A DNA stretch of 59,795 nucleotides, the filler included, from Jimgerdemannia flammicorona (taxonomy: Eukaryota): the NCBI GenBank assembly GCA_003990765.1. It is 3 parts of 3 records of this genome, joined end to end, with 100 filler letters (N's around TTAATTAATTAA, not from the genome) between each part and the next. Parts side by side here need not be neighbours in the genome. Positions count along the whole stretch, not along the records: positions 1 to 19,865 come from RBNJ01001822.1; positions 19,966 to 39,830 come from RBNJ01001823.1; 1 more part is not named here. One strand, given 5' to 3'. Positions 12,430 through 24,185 of the stretch are shown piece after piece (the first letter of the stretch is position 1; every line of letters starts with the position of its first letter). Under the pieces are notes generated by a model. That model was not told where the DNA came from and made no database searches. It saw nothing but the letters and a program-made list of their open reading frames with translations. Position numbers and translations under genes: made by a program.

Positions 12430-15400
12430 AGCACTTACAACATCATTCTTAGAGAAAAGAGACTAGCAATATGGTGACTGACAGATAATCTGAGGTGTAT
12501 ACTGAGCAGGGTGGCCCAAGCACATTCAACTGGCAGCATGTGGGAAGGGACTCTGGCCTGGGGGGAAACATGAGAGGTCTGTTGATAGGAGGATATAGAA
12601 GGGGAGGAAGTAGTGGTGAAGAACAGGAGGCAGAAAGAGTAAGCTTTATAGAGATGATGAAGGAGAGAAAGCAGGTGTCTGGGCTGGAGAGCTGGCTGAG
12701 GAAAGGCAAGAAGATGAAAAAGGTAGTAGTACAGAGGGGAGTAGTTCTTGGTAGTGGGGGCAATAGTACTGGGGGTGTAGTGGCTGGGGGGAATGTAATA
12801 GCTGATAGTAATAGGACTGCCAATCTGAAAAAAAATTCAGATGTGACTGCTGATAGCAGGGCTGAGAAGATGGGGCTTAGACAGCAGAGAGATTTAGCAG
12901 ATAGTGTGATGGACTTGGCAGTGGCTCTGTTACTCAAGAAGTCAATCTCAGAGTTTGTGATTACTTTGTACTTCTAGGGCCTAGTGGTGATGACAAAAAT
13001 AGTGCTGGGACTAATTGCTAAGCAGGTGACTAGGGCAGTATTGATGAAGTTTCTGAAGAGTTTGGAGGAAGTAGAGGTGGGCTTTGAAGAGATTGGACCT
13101 CTGGAGGAGGTACTGATGGTAGGACTGACTGTTGGGGAGATATGTGTTCTGATAGCCCATTGTCTGAGATAGGACCCCAGGGTGGTACAACTGCTAGTAA
13201 AAGGAGTGCTCACAGTTAGTGCTCCCAATGAATCAAATCAAATCGAATTTGGCTCAAACTCAATTCAATTTGATTGAATCAAGGGTCCAATTTGATTTGA
13301 AGTTCGATTTGAACCTTAATTTTCAAAATATAATAACTCAACAAAACCTCATCCAAATTTAACATATTTTAGCTTGTTAGATTTACCGTATTAATGTGAT
13401 TCTAACAAGCTAAAGTATGTTAGATTTGGATGAGTTTACGCTGAGTTATTGCATTTTGAAAATTAGGATTCGAATCAGACCCTCAATTCAATTTGACTTT
13501 TGATTTGATTCAAATTGATTCAAATTGAAAAATCCCTAATTCAATTCGACTCATTTAACCCTCAATTCGATTCGATTCGAATTGATTTGACTCATTTGAG
13601 AGCACTACTCATAGTAATAATGATAGAGATAAGGAGGAGAGTTGAAGAGGTTATGGCTAAGTATAGAAAGGTGGTAGATGTTGGATTCTGTGTCTGAGAA
13701 GAGACCTCATTCTAGACTGGGGATATTGATATCAGAATTTGGTTGACAGAGAAGGAAGCTACTGGGAAGGCAAGGAACTGACCTTCAGTAATAGTCTGGA
13801 GAGCAATCTTATACAAGGTAACAAGGGTAAAGGGGAGTGAGGAGGAGGAAGAGGACTTATTAGAAATGCTGAAAGAGCTGAGTAGTACAGTAGAGTGATG
13901 GGTGAAGGTTTGAAAGGTCTTTGTAAAGTTGATACATTTGAAGGTAGTGGATGGAAAGTAGATTTGAGTAGACAAAGGGCAGTGAGAGAGGGCTCAGAGA
14001 TACAAGAGGCAGAAAGAGCTGCTGGCTAAACTGGAGAGTAGGCCACAGAAGGATATGGGTGGAATTGAGGAAGTAGGGGGTACCAAAGTGAGTGTCTGGA
14101 CCAGTGAGGATAGAGGTATTAGGGGGAAGGGGACAGGAGAGGACAGAGAGGTGACTGGCAATAACTCATATATGGATGGTATATTTGAGGTCTGGGAGGA
14201 GGACTGGAAGGCCTCACCTACTCCTACCCCTCTTATCAAGTGAGATCCAGCTTCTTGAAGTAGAGTGGCAGAGGATGTACCCATACAGGGGGCCTAGCAA
14301 GTACAATTTGGAGTACTGGAGGTGGCAAAAGGGGGACAGGTGGTGGTGGTTGGAGAGGAGGAACTAGTGGATGTCTCAGAGGTATGGGATGAGTTTGCAA
14401 GTATAGGGGCTGACACCACAATGCTGAATGGAGAGAGGCCAGCAACTCTAGAGAGGAAGGAGGTGGAGAATCTACTTTGGATATACAGGATGATGAATAA
14501 CTTGATAGCTAAAGAGTTGGGGGAGGTAGATCTTAGAGTAATGAGTGATGAGTATTGGGCATGGATTCTACAAGGAGATAGTGTGGTAGTGATATTAAAG
14601 GTGGAAATCCTTGTGGTGTATCTGGAGAAGAAAGGGTATGAGGTGGATAAGGAGAGAGAGACAGAGCTGACAGGTATTGCTGGTGAGAGGGCCAACTACT
14701 GCTGGACTAAGCATCATGGATTACAGCTCTGACAGAAGGTCTGCCTGGAGTACCAGGAAGAGTTTGAGGAGAAGGTAAATGGAGAGATGAATAAGCTATT
14801 GACTGGATTGGAGGCTAAGAGGGCTGAAGAAGAGGAGGAGTCTGTGGAATACAATCTGGACTTGATACAGGAAGCAAGGAGTATGGAGCAGTAGAGGATG
14901 GACTTGATAATATATAGTATTTTTTTATAAATAGTATAACCAATATTTTTTCTTTAAATGTAAATAGGTTACAGGGCTCTTCTTGACATAGAAGCATTTT
15001 TCTTGACTGAAGAGATTGGAGGCTGATCTCTTTCTTCTACAGGATGTCAGGTGTGAGGATGAGTTGGATAGGCTGAAATAGACAAAGGAATGGAGAGGTG
15101 AGATAGTTTGAAAGAGCAAGGTTGGGATTCTGGTCTAGAGAGGCAGAGGGGAGATATACAATATGAGGAGCTGGAGAGATAGATTGGTCTGAGGAAAGTG
15201 GATATATATAGGTTGGGAGCTGGTTACAGTGAGTTCTTGCTACTGCTCTGCTATACAGAGTGAGTATGTAGATTAGGTGAAGTATCTCTAGGAGAGTGAA
15301 GCTCTTGCAGAGACCAGGGTGGATATGCTTGGTGGAGACTTCAATATGGTTCAGGATGTGCTGATGGATAGAATCAATGGAGAATGGGGAGCTGAGGACA

Positions 15401-15954
15401 AGAGTGGAGGGCTAGTGGTATAGGAGGATGTGAAAAGATTAAGCACTCTGGTGGATACTGGTAGGGAGTTTTGAGGTAATAAGAGAGTATACATACATTG
15501 GACAGGGGGCCTGAGGACAAGAATTGATTGGATTTTGATGGTGAGCTGTTGGGGATCAGATGTTTAGAGGTTACTAGAGGTGGAGTGGTGTCCATGATTA
15601 GATTATTAGGGGCTGCTAGAACAGATATATTTTGGGAAGAGTGGGGGTGGACCTGGACATTGACATCTCAATTCCTCTTTATTAGATGATAGGATACTGT
15701 GGGATAAGTGGGCTGAGGACATTCAATAGGGGGTAATGGGCTGGAGACAGAAAGATGCTCCAGTTGATGTTCAGTAGATAAGGATGGCCAGGGTCTACTG
15801 GAGTGAGACTGGTAAGGAGACTGGGAAACAGAGGAGGTGAAGAGTGAGATGGGCTTCTGCTAGACTGGCTAGACTATTGGAAGATTGGGCAAGGCTGGTG
15901 ACTCTGGAGGGGAGAGAGGATTGGAGATTAATACAGGTGAAAATAGAGGTTGGG
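12430..15954 (+). mobile_element. LINE copy 2 (ORF1 from ~12471, APE from ~14930), interrupted by a MITE and cut by an LTR
   Basis: Colinear with copy 1: NIFSLNVN, LQDV, GGDFNM, RIDWI. Confidence 0.85.
13217..13607. mobile_element. hAT-type MITE, near-complete fold-back
   Basis: TIRs TAGTGCTCCCAATGAATCAAATC...GATTTGACTCATTTGAGAGCACTA; 8-bp TSD CTCACAGT/CTCATAGT; central inverted arms TTTAGCTTGTTAG...CTAACAAGCTAAA. Confidence 0.92.
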
Positions 15955-16394
15955 TGTAATAGTTCTAGTTTCTTTAAGAGAAAGCAGCTAAATCTGGAAG
16001 TTCTAGTTAGTCTAAAGTAGCTTGAAGAGATACTTAAAGGTTCAAGTATTCTTGAAGAATTTCTGGGAGAAAATATTCTGAGCTTTATTTAGGCAGAGAA
16101 TAAGGATATTTATACAAGATCTGAAAGAAAGATCTGGAAGGATCTTGAAAAGAAAGAGAAATACCAAGAAATAGGTTCTCAGCAAAGCTGACTAATACTA
16201 TTCTATAATGTTCCAAAAGAACTTAGTGCCAAGGAAAGACAAGAATGTTCTAGTGGTGTCTAGATGCTGAGAGAAGGTTTCTAAGCAAGTAGAAGGTGGT
16301 GAAACATAGTAGAATGTTCAAAAAATGATAAGAAAAGACTAACTAAAAGATGTGAAAATATACTAAGGCTAAATATGACTGTAAAATTGTTACA
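15955..16394 (-). repeat. 3' LTR (~440 bp) of the minus-strand chromovirus
   Basis: TGTAATA...TGTTACA termini; the adjacent TTTCTCTCTCCTT (16395-16407) is a PPT on the minus strand. Confidence 0.8.
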
Positions 16395-16530
16395 TTTCTC
16401 TCTCCTTAAGAACCAATATCCTCATTGAGTTCTTAGGTAATACAAGACTAGATATACTTAACCAAAATTTCTCAAACTTGTATCAGTACATTGGTAGGGA
16501 TTGGTCATCCTTATATAGAGCAGAGGGCCT

Positions 16531-17701
16531 CCTTTCTCCACTATCTTACTGGTCACAAGGTTTGGTAGGTGACCTTCCAAGTCCCCTTTCCCCTATTATT
16601 ACCCTCTCTACCTTGGGTTGGTTTGCTGTGCCTGCAGAGGCATAGTGGGAGGAGGGCAATGGTGATGAGTTGCCTCTTTATCGGTGTTAGATTGGTGCTT
16701 CCTCTACTTTTTCGCAGATTCTGGTGCCTTCAGCTGCATCTGGGGTATACCCATTTTGGTGCAGCACCTTCTTCCTTTTGCCATCACCAATAAGGTGTTA
16801 TCTTGATATATCTTGGGCTACATAGGAAGTTGGCCAATCTTGGGCATTAAGTGCTCAGTGTAGATTACCTGCAGGTTCTTGGTGCCTATGGTGGGGCTCT
16901 CTGGCTTTGGCGAGCTTCCTGGCGAGTACAGTTCTGGCATAGGTGACTGCTTTTCAGGTGTTGTCAGAATGAGAGGGGAGATGGCCATTACAGATAGGAG
17001 GAAGGGTGATTACAGTGAACCAGTAGGGTGCCAGGCTGGGGGCAGTCATCAGGGCTGGGGCAGGTGCTACTTCGGTGGGGCCTTTTGATTGGTGTAGTGT
17101 GGTTAGGTGGTAGGTGTCACTAATGGCTTCTTTTGGTGGTCAGCAGGGTTGGGCCCCAGTCATCAGGGGGCATCGGGAGGCCCAAGGCTACCCATTTCAG
17201 GCATCTTGGCTGCACTTAACTGGAACCAGGAGCTGATATAGCAATGTGATCGAGGCCTGCAGACTTGAGTAGTGGAGTATTGGCACCTTATGTGTAAGTC
17301 CTTTACTTATCTCAATTGAGAGAACTAGGTCCTGCCCACCATGTTGTGCTTTGATGAGAGTTTTTTCTTTACCTGTTATTCTCTTTGGAGTGGCAGGGAC
17401 TATTCTATTTAGCTCGGGCATGGTCTTGTACATACGTTGGGTTCCCAGGCATGCGCTTTCAGTCATTGGTATATGGTTGGGTTCCCCCAGTGGTAGGGAG
17501 AGCATAGTGCACAGAATGAGATATGGGCCTTTTCGGCCCTGCTGCACCTGGCATGGTTGAGCTGCTGGACAATAGCTAGCCTAGGTTAATGGGGTGGCAG
17601 TGCTTAGTGGGTGGTGGGGGAGAGTTTTGGCCTATATAGTCTAGGTTCTCTTCTAATAAAAATCTGTGGGACATGAGTCTATTAAAAAAAAAAAAAAAAA
17701 A
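16531..17701 (+). mobile_element. PolyA-tailed retroposed insertion (5'-truncated LINE of another family, or a retrocopy)
   Basis: 16-bp TSD ATAGAGCAGAGGGCCT at 16515-16530 and 17702-17717; AATAAA near 17655; A-tail 17684-17701. Confidence 0.85.
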
Positions 17702-17899
17702 ATAGAGCAGAGGGCCTATTATCAGACTAACCAACTGAGAGGGGTTTGAACCCAGTTAGTAGCTTCATTTTGGTGGGCTTCTTGTTCATTAAATGTTCTA
17801 TTGATGCTGGAGTCCTAAAGTAAACTTCCAATGCATAAGGTACTGATCTTTACCATAGGTTGTCAATAATCCAAGAAAGTCACTATAGAGATTAGGCAA

Positions 17900-19831
17900 T
17901 ATGTTTTACCTTGAAGTCTTAAACTAGATCTTGAGAGTTCTTGAGGTTGACCAGTAGTTTCCAAATAGCATCATATTTAGGGTAACCCATCCACTTGACT
18001 AGGTATTCAGAATAGTGATAGTGGATTTATTTGTCAAGAATTTTCTCAGCTTCATACTCAATATAGTCTTCAATAATCACAGAGGCAGAAGGCTTAGAAA
18101 TTTAACCAGAGTAGGGTGGTAACTAGTTTCAGATCTTGAGGTGTGATATATGAAAGACTGAGTATACTCTCATAGTTTCAGGTAGCTTGAGATAATAGGA
18201 GGATGCAGAGACTTATTCAGTAATCTCAAAAGGTCCAATATACTTGGGTTGGAACTTGTTTAAAGAATAGTTGACTTGAGATTGTATCTTAAGGTTCTCA
18301 GTAGACAGTAGGACTTAATCTCCAACAGTATAAGTAACATTATGGTATTTCTAGTCAGCATACTTAGCTTGATGCTGTTGAGCCTTCTGAAGATTTACAG
18401 TAGCAATCTTGAGTAGTTCATCTATTTGGTCTGTAAGGTTCTTGATAGTTGAGACTTGTATTTGACTGGTTTTCTTGAAAGAGAATAGACTTGCAGGAGT
18501 CTTGGGATCTTGACTATAGAGTAACTAGAAAGAGAAAAGACTAGTAGATGATTGGACAGTATTGTTATATGCAAACTCCACATAAGTCAGATAGTGATCC
18601 CAATCATCTTACTTGTAGAAAATATAGTTTCTGAGCATTTGTTCAAGAGTTCTGTTTATGTGCTCAGTTTGTCCATCAGTTTGTAGGTAAAAGGCAGTAG
18701 ACATAGCCAATTGGGTTCCCAGAGTCTTAAAGAGGGTTTACCAGAAGTGACTAGTGAACTTGGGGTCACAATTACTAACAATTACTTGTGGTAGGCCATA
18801 GTGATGGAAGATGAACTTGAAGAAGATTCTTGCAATCTCAAGTGCAGTAGTATTGGTAGTAGTTGGTTCAGTAACCATAGTCTTAGTTAGGTGGTCAATG
18901 AATACAACAATAGCATCAGCACTAGATTGAGTTCATGGTAGTTGAGTTATAAAGTCTATAATAACTTGCTCGAATTTCTTGGTAGAAATTGGCAGTGATT
19001 ATAGCAAACCAGCTGGTACTTGGTTAGTAGACTTGTTGTGCTGATATAGATTATAGCTAGCAACATAGTTCTTGATTTTCTTAACCATGTTTGGCCAATA
19101 GTAGTAGTATTAAATATTCTTGACAGTTTTCTCAATTCCCAGATAACTAGTAAGAGGAAAGTCATAGTGTTCTTGTAAAACCTTATAGTGTAGGTTTATG
19201 TTTTCAGATAGGTAGACTTGATCTTAATGATAGATCAGGTTGTTCTCAATAGTATATATATCCTTGAGCTTATTTAAGAAAACTCTAGTAGTGACTGTGT
19301 CTTCTTTGTAAGCTTATCTGATTTGGTCTAGGAATTCTGATACCAAGGTGACCTGTATGATTGTGGCAAGGTCTGGGTATCTTGATAAGGTATCTGGTAC
19401 TACAGGTATCTTGCCAGGCTTGTAGATGATCATTGAGTTGAAGGTTTGAAGCTTGAGACTCCACTTAGCTTGTAGATATAACAGAGTAGATTGAGTATTG
19501 ATATACTTGAGGAATTGATGATCAGTAATGATATCAAACTCAACACCTTCTAGATAGCATTACTGGTGGTCTAGTACATATATTATTGCCAGTAGTTCCT
19601 TCTCATAAGTAGCTAGCTTTGTTCAGCTGGAGTTAGCTTGCAGAACTTGAAAACAATAAGGTGATGTTCTTTGCCATCATCTTGTAACAAGACTGCTCTA
19701 ATGGCAAAATTCAATATATCAGTAGTAACTATGAATTTTAGGCCTTGATCTGCATTACACAGGACTGGAGTATAGGTCAGGTAATTCTTGAGTTCTTGAA
19801 AGGCTTGTTGACAGAAGAGGTCCCAGGTGTC

Positions 19832-19833
<2 letters not shown>
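17900..19833 (-). mobile_element. Chromovirus (Ty3/Gypsy) pol 3' half: RNase H, integrase, GPF, chromodomain; degenerate
   Basis: Minus strand reads STAFYLQTDGQTE, KFQPKYIGPFEI and chromodomain EYEAEKILD...EYLVKWMGYP..DAIW (~17910-18065). Confidence 0.9.
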
Positions 19834-19865
<32 letters not shown>

Positions 19866-19965
19866 NNNNNNNNNNNNNNNNNNNNNNNNNNNNNNNNNNN
19901 NNNNNNNNNTTAATTAATTAANNNNNNNNNNNNNNNNNNNNNNNNNNNNNNNNNNNNNNNNNNNN
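19866..19965. other. Artificial contig spacer (N44-TTAATTAATTAA-N44)
   Basis: Six-frame stop linker inside N runs. Confidence 0.99.
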
Positions 19966-19978
19966 AAAAAAAAAGTAC

Positions 19979-20546
19979 CAGGGAAATTGAACTCGGGCAT
20001 CTTCCTCCCGCTCCTCAGATCGTGCTCATCCTCGTTCGCCTCCCGCAACGCCGCGCAGTATTTGTTATGTTCAGCCTTGCCGCTGAGATAATGCCCCTCG
20101 GAGCAGTGTGTCGGGTATCCGCAGTCCGAACACTCGTACGTCGGAGCTTTGCACTCGTGCGCGTGTTTCGCCTTCGCGTGTTTCGCCTTCGCGTCGGTCT
20201 TGTTGGCGTCGTCGCCAGCGCACGCCTCCTCGTAGCACACGGGACACGAGCCGTACTTGTTGATCAGGGTGGCGCGGTCGCGCATCTGGCGGATCGGGGA
20301 TTTGGAAAGCGGGTGGAAGAGGTGGTCGGGCGAGAGCACGGGGGGTCTGTCGGGCGTTGAAACATCGGCGCTGGGGTGCGAGAAGAGGGACTTGAGGGAG
20401 AAGGAGCGGGCGAAGGTCAAGGTCGGGTTCCTCGGGGAGACGAGGCGAACGGAGGGCAAGACAAGAAGCAACGAGGAGTTGCAAGGTTGGTGTGGCGGAG
20501 GGACATGAAGGGCGGACAGGATAGAGCGGGCTCTTGAGGAGAACAT
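19979..20546 (-). CDS. MSS51: Mss51, mitochondrial COX1 translation/assembly factor; exon 1 only, gene continues past the contig edge
   Basis: Arg/Ser-rich presequence MFSSRARS; LFHPLSKSP..MRDRA, CPVC, ECSDCGYPTHCS, NEDEHDLRSGR..PEFNFPG; GT donor at 19978. Confidence 0.88.
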
Positions 20547-20716
20547 GTTTTGGAGGGAGAATACTGCTACTGCTACTGCTACTGCTACTGCTACTGCTAC
20601 GGTGAACATAGATCAAATTTCCCAATTCGACATATCACGTGATCCGTGTTTGTTTACATTTGGCGTCCCCCGTTTGCTTTTTGGTCTTTTGCATCTTCTT
20701 TCCTACTCTGACCACC
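20547..20716. promoter_or_regulatory. 170-bp divergent MSS51/CWC22 promoter with the palindrome ATCACGTGAT (E-box)
   Basis: Head-to-head ATGs at 20546 (-) and 20717 (+), with CACGTG near the centre. Function is inferred. Confidence 0.55.
20562..20600. repeat. (TACTGC)6 microsatellite just upstream of the MSS51 start
   Basis: Directly visible. It produces the spurious VAVAVA N-terminus in the ORF track. Confidence 0.95.
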
Positions 20717-23522
20717 ATGACCGACCTTGAATCTCCTACACACCTCGAGGAACCCACTCCCACCTCCTCCGTCCCCACCTCCTCCGTCCCCACCGTGAGA
20801 AGTGCAATTGTGAGACCAGATCCTGTCAGGCCTGACCTCGGTAGCTCTTCGGCAGACGTGCCCTCCAAGAGGAAGAGGTATATTTGCCAGTAGACTGTTT
20901 CACTCTGGGACTCGAAAATTCTTGCATCTCAAACATCTCTGTATTCTGCTCTACAGGTCAAGTTCACGTTCGGATTCTCGTTCTACCCCCTCTTCGCGTT
21001 CCCAATCGCCTCACAGATCTGACCATGAACGAGACCACCGCCCAAACTCCCCCCCGTCTGCCACCCTGCGCATCTTCGATGTGGATCCCATCCGCCGTCG
21101 CGAGCGCGAGCGCCAGCTTCGTCGCCAACTCGACCTGGAGCGCAAGGGTGAAGTCCCACCGCCCAAAAAGCGTGAAATTGATCCTGTGGCTGAACAACAG
21201 GTGCTCATCAACACCACCCGCACGGGCGGCGCATACATTCCGCCTCACCGCCTTCGACAGATGCAACAGGGCGTCAATGACAAAGAGAGCAAGGAGTATC
21301 AGCGTATTACCTGGGAGGCCCTCAAAAAGTCCATCAATGGTCTCATCAACAAGGTCAACACCTCCAACATCAAGCATATTATTCAGGAACTGTTCGGCGA
21401 GAATCTGATCAGGGGCCGCGGGCTGTTCGCAAGGAGCGCCATGAAGGCGCAGGCGGCTTCGTTACCGTTCACACCCGTGTACGCCGCGCTGGTGGCAGTA
21501 ATCAACACGAAACTGCCGCAGGTTGGTGAATTGGTGCTGACTAGGCTCATTGTACAATTTCGCAGAGCATTTAAGAGGAACGATAAGGTATATGTTTTAC
21601 CGCTCCTACAGTTCAAAAAAATGGCTAATGTCCCACACTTCATATATTATGGACTAAGCAACCCAATTTCGTTATGTAGTCCACATGCCTGGCCGTCACC
21701 ACCTTCGTCGCCCACCTCTTCAATCAGTACGTCGCCCACGAGATCGTCCCCCTCCAGATCCTCTCTCTCCTCCTCGAGAACCCCACCGATGACTCTGTGG
21801 AGGTAGCTGTGGGCTTCATGAAAGAGGCCGGCTCCAAGCTCGCCGAGGTCGCTGCTAAGCCCAACAACGCCATCTTCGAGCGCTTCCGCGCCATTCTGCA
21901 TGAGGGGCAGATCGACAAGCGCGTGCAGTACATGATTGAAGTGCTCTTCCAGGTCCGCAAGGACAAGTTCAAGGACAACCAGCCCATCATAGCGGAGCTC
22001 GACCTCGTCGAGGAGGACGACATGGTTACTCACAACATCGGCTTAGACGACGATGATTTGGACGTCGAGGAAGGGTTGAACATTTTCAAGTACGATAGTG
22101 ACTATATAAATAACGAGGAAAAGTACGGGGCGATCAAAAAGGAGGTGTTGGGGAACGATGAGGATGAGAGTGAGAGCGGTAGTGAGGGCAGTGATATGGA
22201 CGAAAGCGATAGTGGTCAGGATGAACAAGGTGGACATACAACACCTTTCTTTCTTTTCTTTTTTATAACGTACTACTTTGTAAGCTTCATATTGCTTCGT
22301 TATCTTTCTATTTTTAATTACCTTTCACCTCAAAATAGCATTGGAAAAAGAGATGGAGATTCAGGATGCCACCAACATCGGTCTTATCAACCTGAGGCGC
22401 TCAATCTATCTCACAATCATGTCAAGCGTGGACTTTGAAGAATGTTGTCACAAGCTGATGAGACTGAATATTCAAGAAGGGCAGGAGGTATGCGTGCAAT
22501 ACCTAAGCAAAGTGGTTGTGTGTGGGAGGGCGTTCTCGCCAAAATGTATCTCCTTTAATGACTGCTTCTCCCCCCTTTTATTTTTATTTTTATTATATAT
22601 ATATATCGCACAGCACGAGCTCTGCAACATGATCATCGAGTGCTGCGCACAAGAGCGCACCTATCTCAAATTTTATGGTTTGATGGGCGAGCGCTTCTGC
22701 AAGCTGAACCGCACCTGGGCCGACGCCTTCGAGCAAGGCTTTCTCATGACCTTTGAAACCGTTCACAGGTACGAGACGAACCGTCTCCGCAACGTCGCCA
22801 AGTACTTTGGTCACCTGTTGGCGACGGACGCGATGAACTGGACCGTGCTCTCGGTGATCAAGCTTACTGAGGACGACACCACGTCGGCGTCGCGTATCTT
22901 CGTCAAAATCCTGTTCCAGGAGGTGTCGGAAACTCTCGGCCTCAAAAAGCTAAACGAGCGCCTCAAGGATCCGTATATGCGCCAGAGCTTCGTCGGCATG
23001 TTCCCCATGGAGAACCCCAAGAACACGCGCTTCGCCATCAACTACTGGACTAGCATTGGCCTCGGTGGGCTGACGGACGAGCTCAGGGACTGGCTCAAGA
23101 ATGCGCCCAAGATGATCATGCAACAGACCCAGAACGCGGGATCCAGCGACTCGGAGAGCGGCTCGGACTCAGACTCAGACTCGGACTCGGGCTCGGACTC
23201 GGACTCGGGCTCGGGCTCGGGTTCGGGCTTGAGCGCGAGCACGAGCGGTAGCGGGTCGGAGAGCGAGAGCAACCGTCGGAAGTCATCGGGCAAGCAGCGA
23301 TCGAGGAAAAGGAGCGCGTCCGTAGAAGAGCGTCGCGGCGGGCGCAGGCGCGATAGGTCGTATGATTCGGAGTGGGACGGTCGTGGCGGCGATCGAGATC
23401 GGGATCGGGATCGTAAGTCGGGCAAAAGCGGCGACGGAGGAAGGAGGATGAAGAGCGATGCATCGGAGGATAAGTCGGACGACTCGCGGGATCACAAGCG
23501 TGGCAGGAGGAGGGTTGCTTAG
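20717..23522 (+). CDS. CWC22: Pre-mRNA splicing factor Cwc22 (MIF4G and MA3); exons ~20717-20877, 20957-21587, 21680-22229, 22339-22487, 22614-23522
   Basis: [74 protein letters not shown]; in-phase GT-AG introns. Confidence 0.97.
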
Positions 23523-23635
23523 GGAAGAGGAGTGCTTAGGGAGAAGGGGTGCTTAGGGAGAGGGGTGCTTACGGAGGAGGGGTGCTTACGGAGGAGGGGT
23601 GCTTAAGGAGGAGGGATGCTTAGGGAGGAGGAGGG
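23516..23635 (+). repeat. ~17-bp G-rich minisatellite, about 7 copies (TGCTTAGGGAGRAGGGG), starting in the CWC22 stop codon
   Basis: Directly visible. Confidence 0.9.
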
Positions 23636-23898
23636 GCGAGCGAGCAGGAGTGTGGTGAAAGCGAGGGCCATCGATGGGCAATGGGGTGTACACGCCGCAT
23701 CCTAAACGAACATGATTTTGCTTATTGTATTGCGAACGTACACGCACGCAACCTCCCCTCTTTTGGAATCACGGTATAAATATAATTCTTGTTTTTGCCC
23801 CAATTGGGAAGAGGCGCGCGTTATCTCACATTTTAAAACGTAATAGATCAACACACCTCTCAAACCTCTCAAACCCTTCTCGCGGTAATATCTCTCAG

Positions 23899-23975
23899 AA
23901 CTCAGCATCGGGACTACCTCCAATCACATGTTCCTGTTCGGTGACTTCAACTACCGCATATCCCGACTCGGCGTC
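23899..23975 (+). pseudogene. Possible inositol polyphosphate 5-phosphatase fragment
   Basis: SNHMFLFGDFNYRIS matches the (F/W)xGDxNYR motif. No other exons found nearby. Confidence 0.4.
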
Positions 23976-24185
23976 CCTATCACATTTCGTTTCCATCATG
24001 GTGCCACTTTATTGTATTTAGAAGAAACACAAGTGGATCTTGAGGTCGCATTTAAAATGAAGCCAGCACGAATCCAGCGTTTATTTACGTTCCCTATGTA
24101 TTGCACAGGACACATTTACGCTTAGATTCGACATGAACGGCCGTATTCCAGCTTAAAATTTAACCCGCTTCTCCGTCCGCGATAC

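Noticed and set aside
19910..19921. TTAATTAATTAA palindrome as a biological site
   Set aside because: Synthetic six-frame stop linker, repeated at 39875-39886.
23516..23635. Telomere or interstitial telomeric array
   Set aside because: TTAGGG occurs only inside some 17-bp units, not as tandem hexamers.
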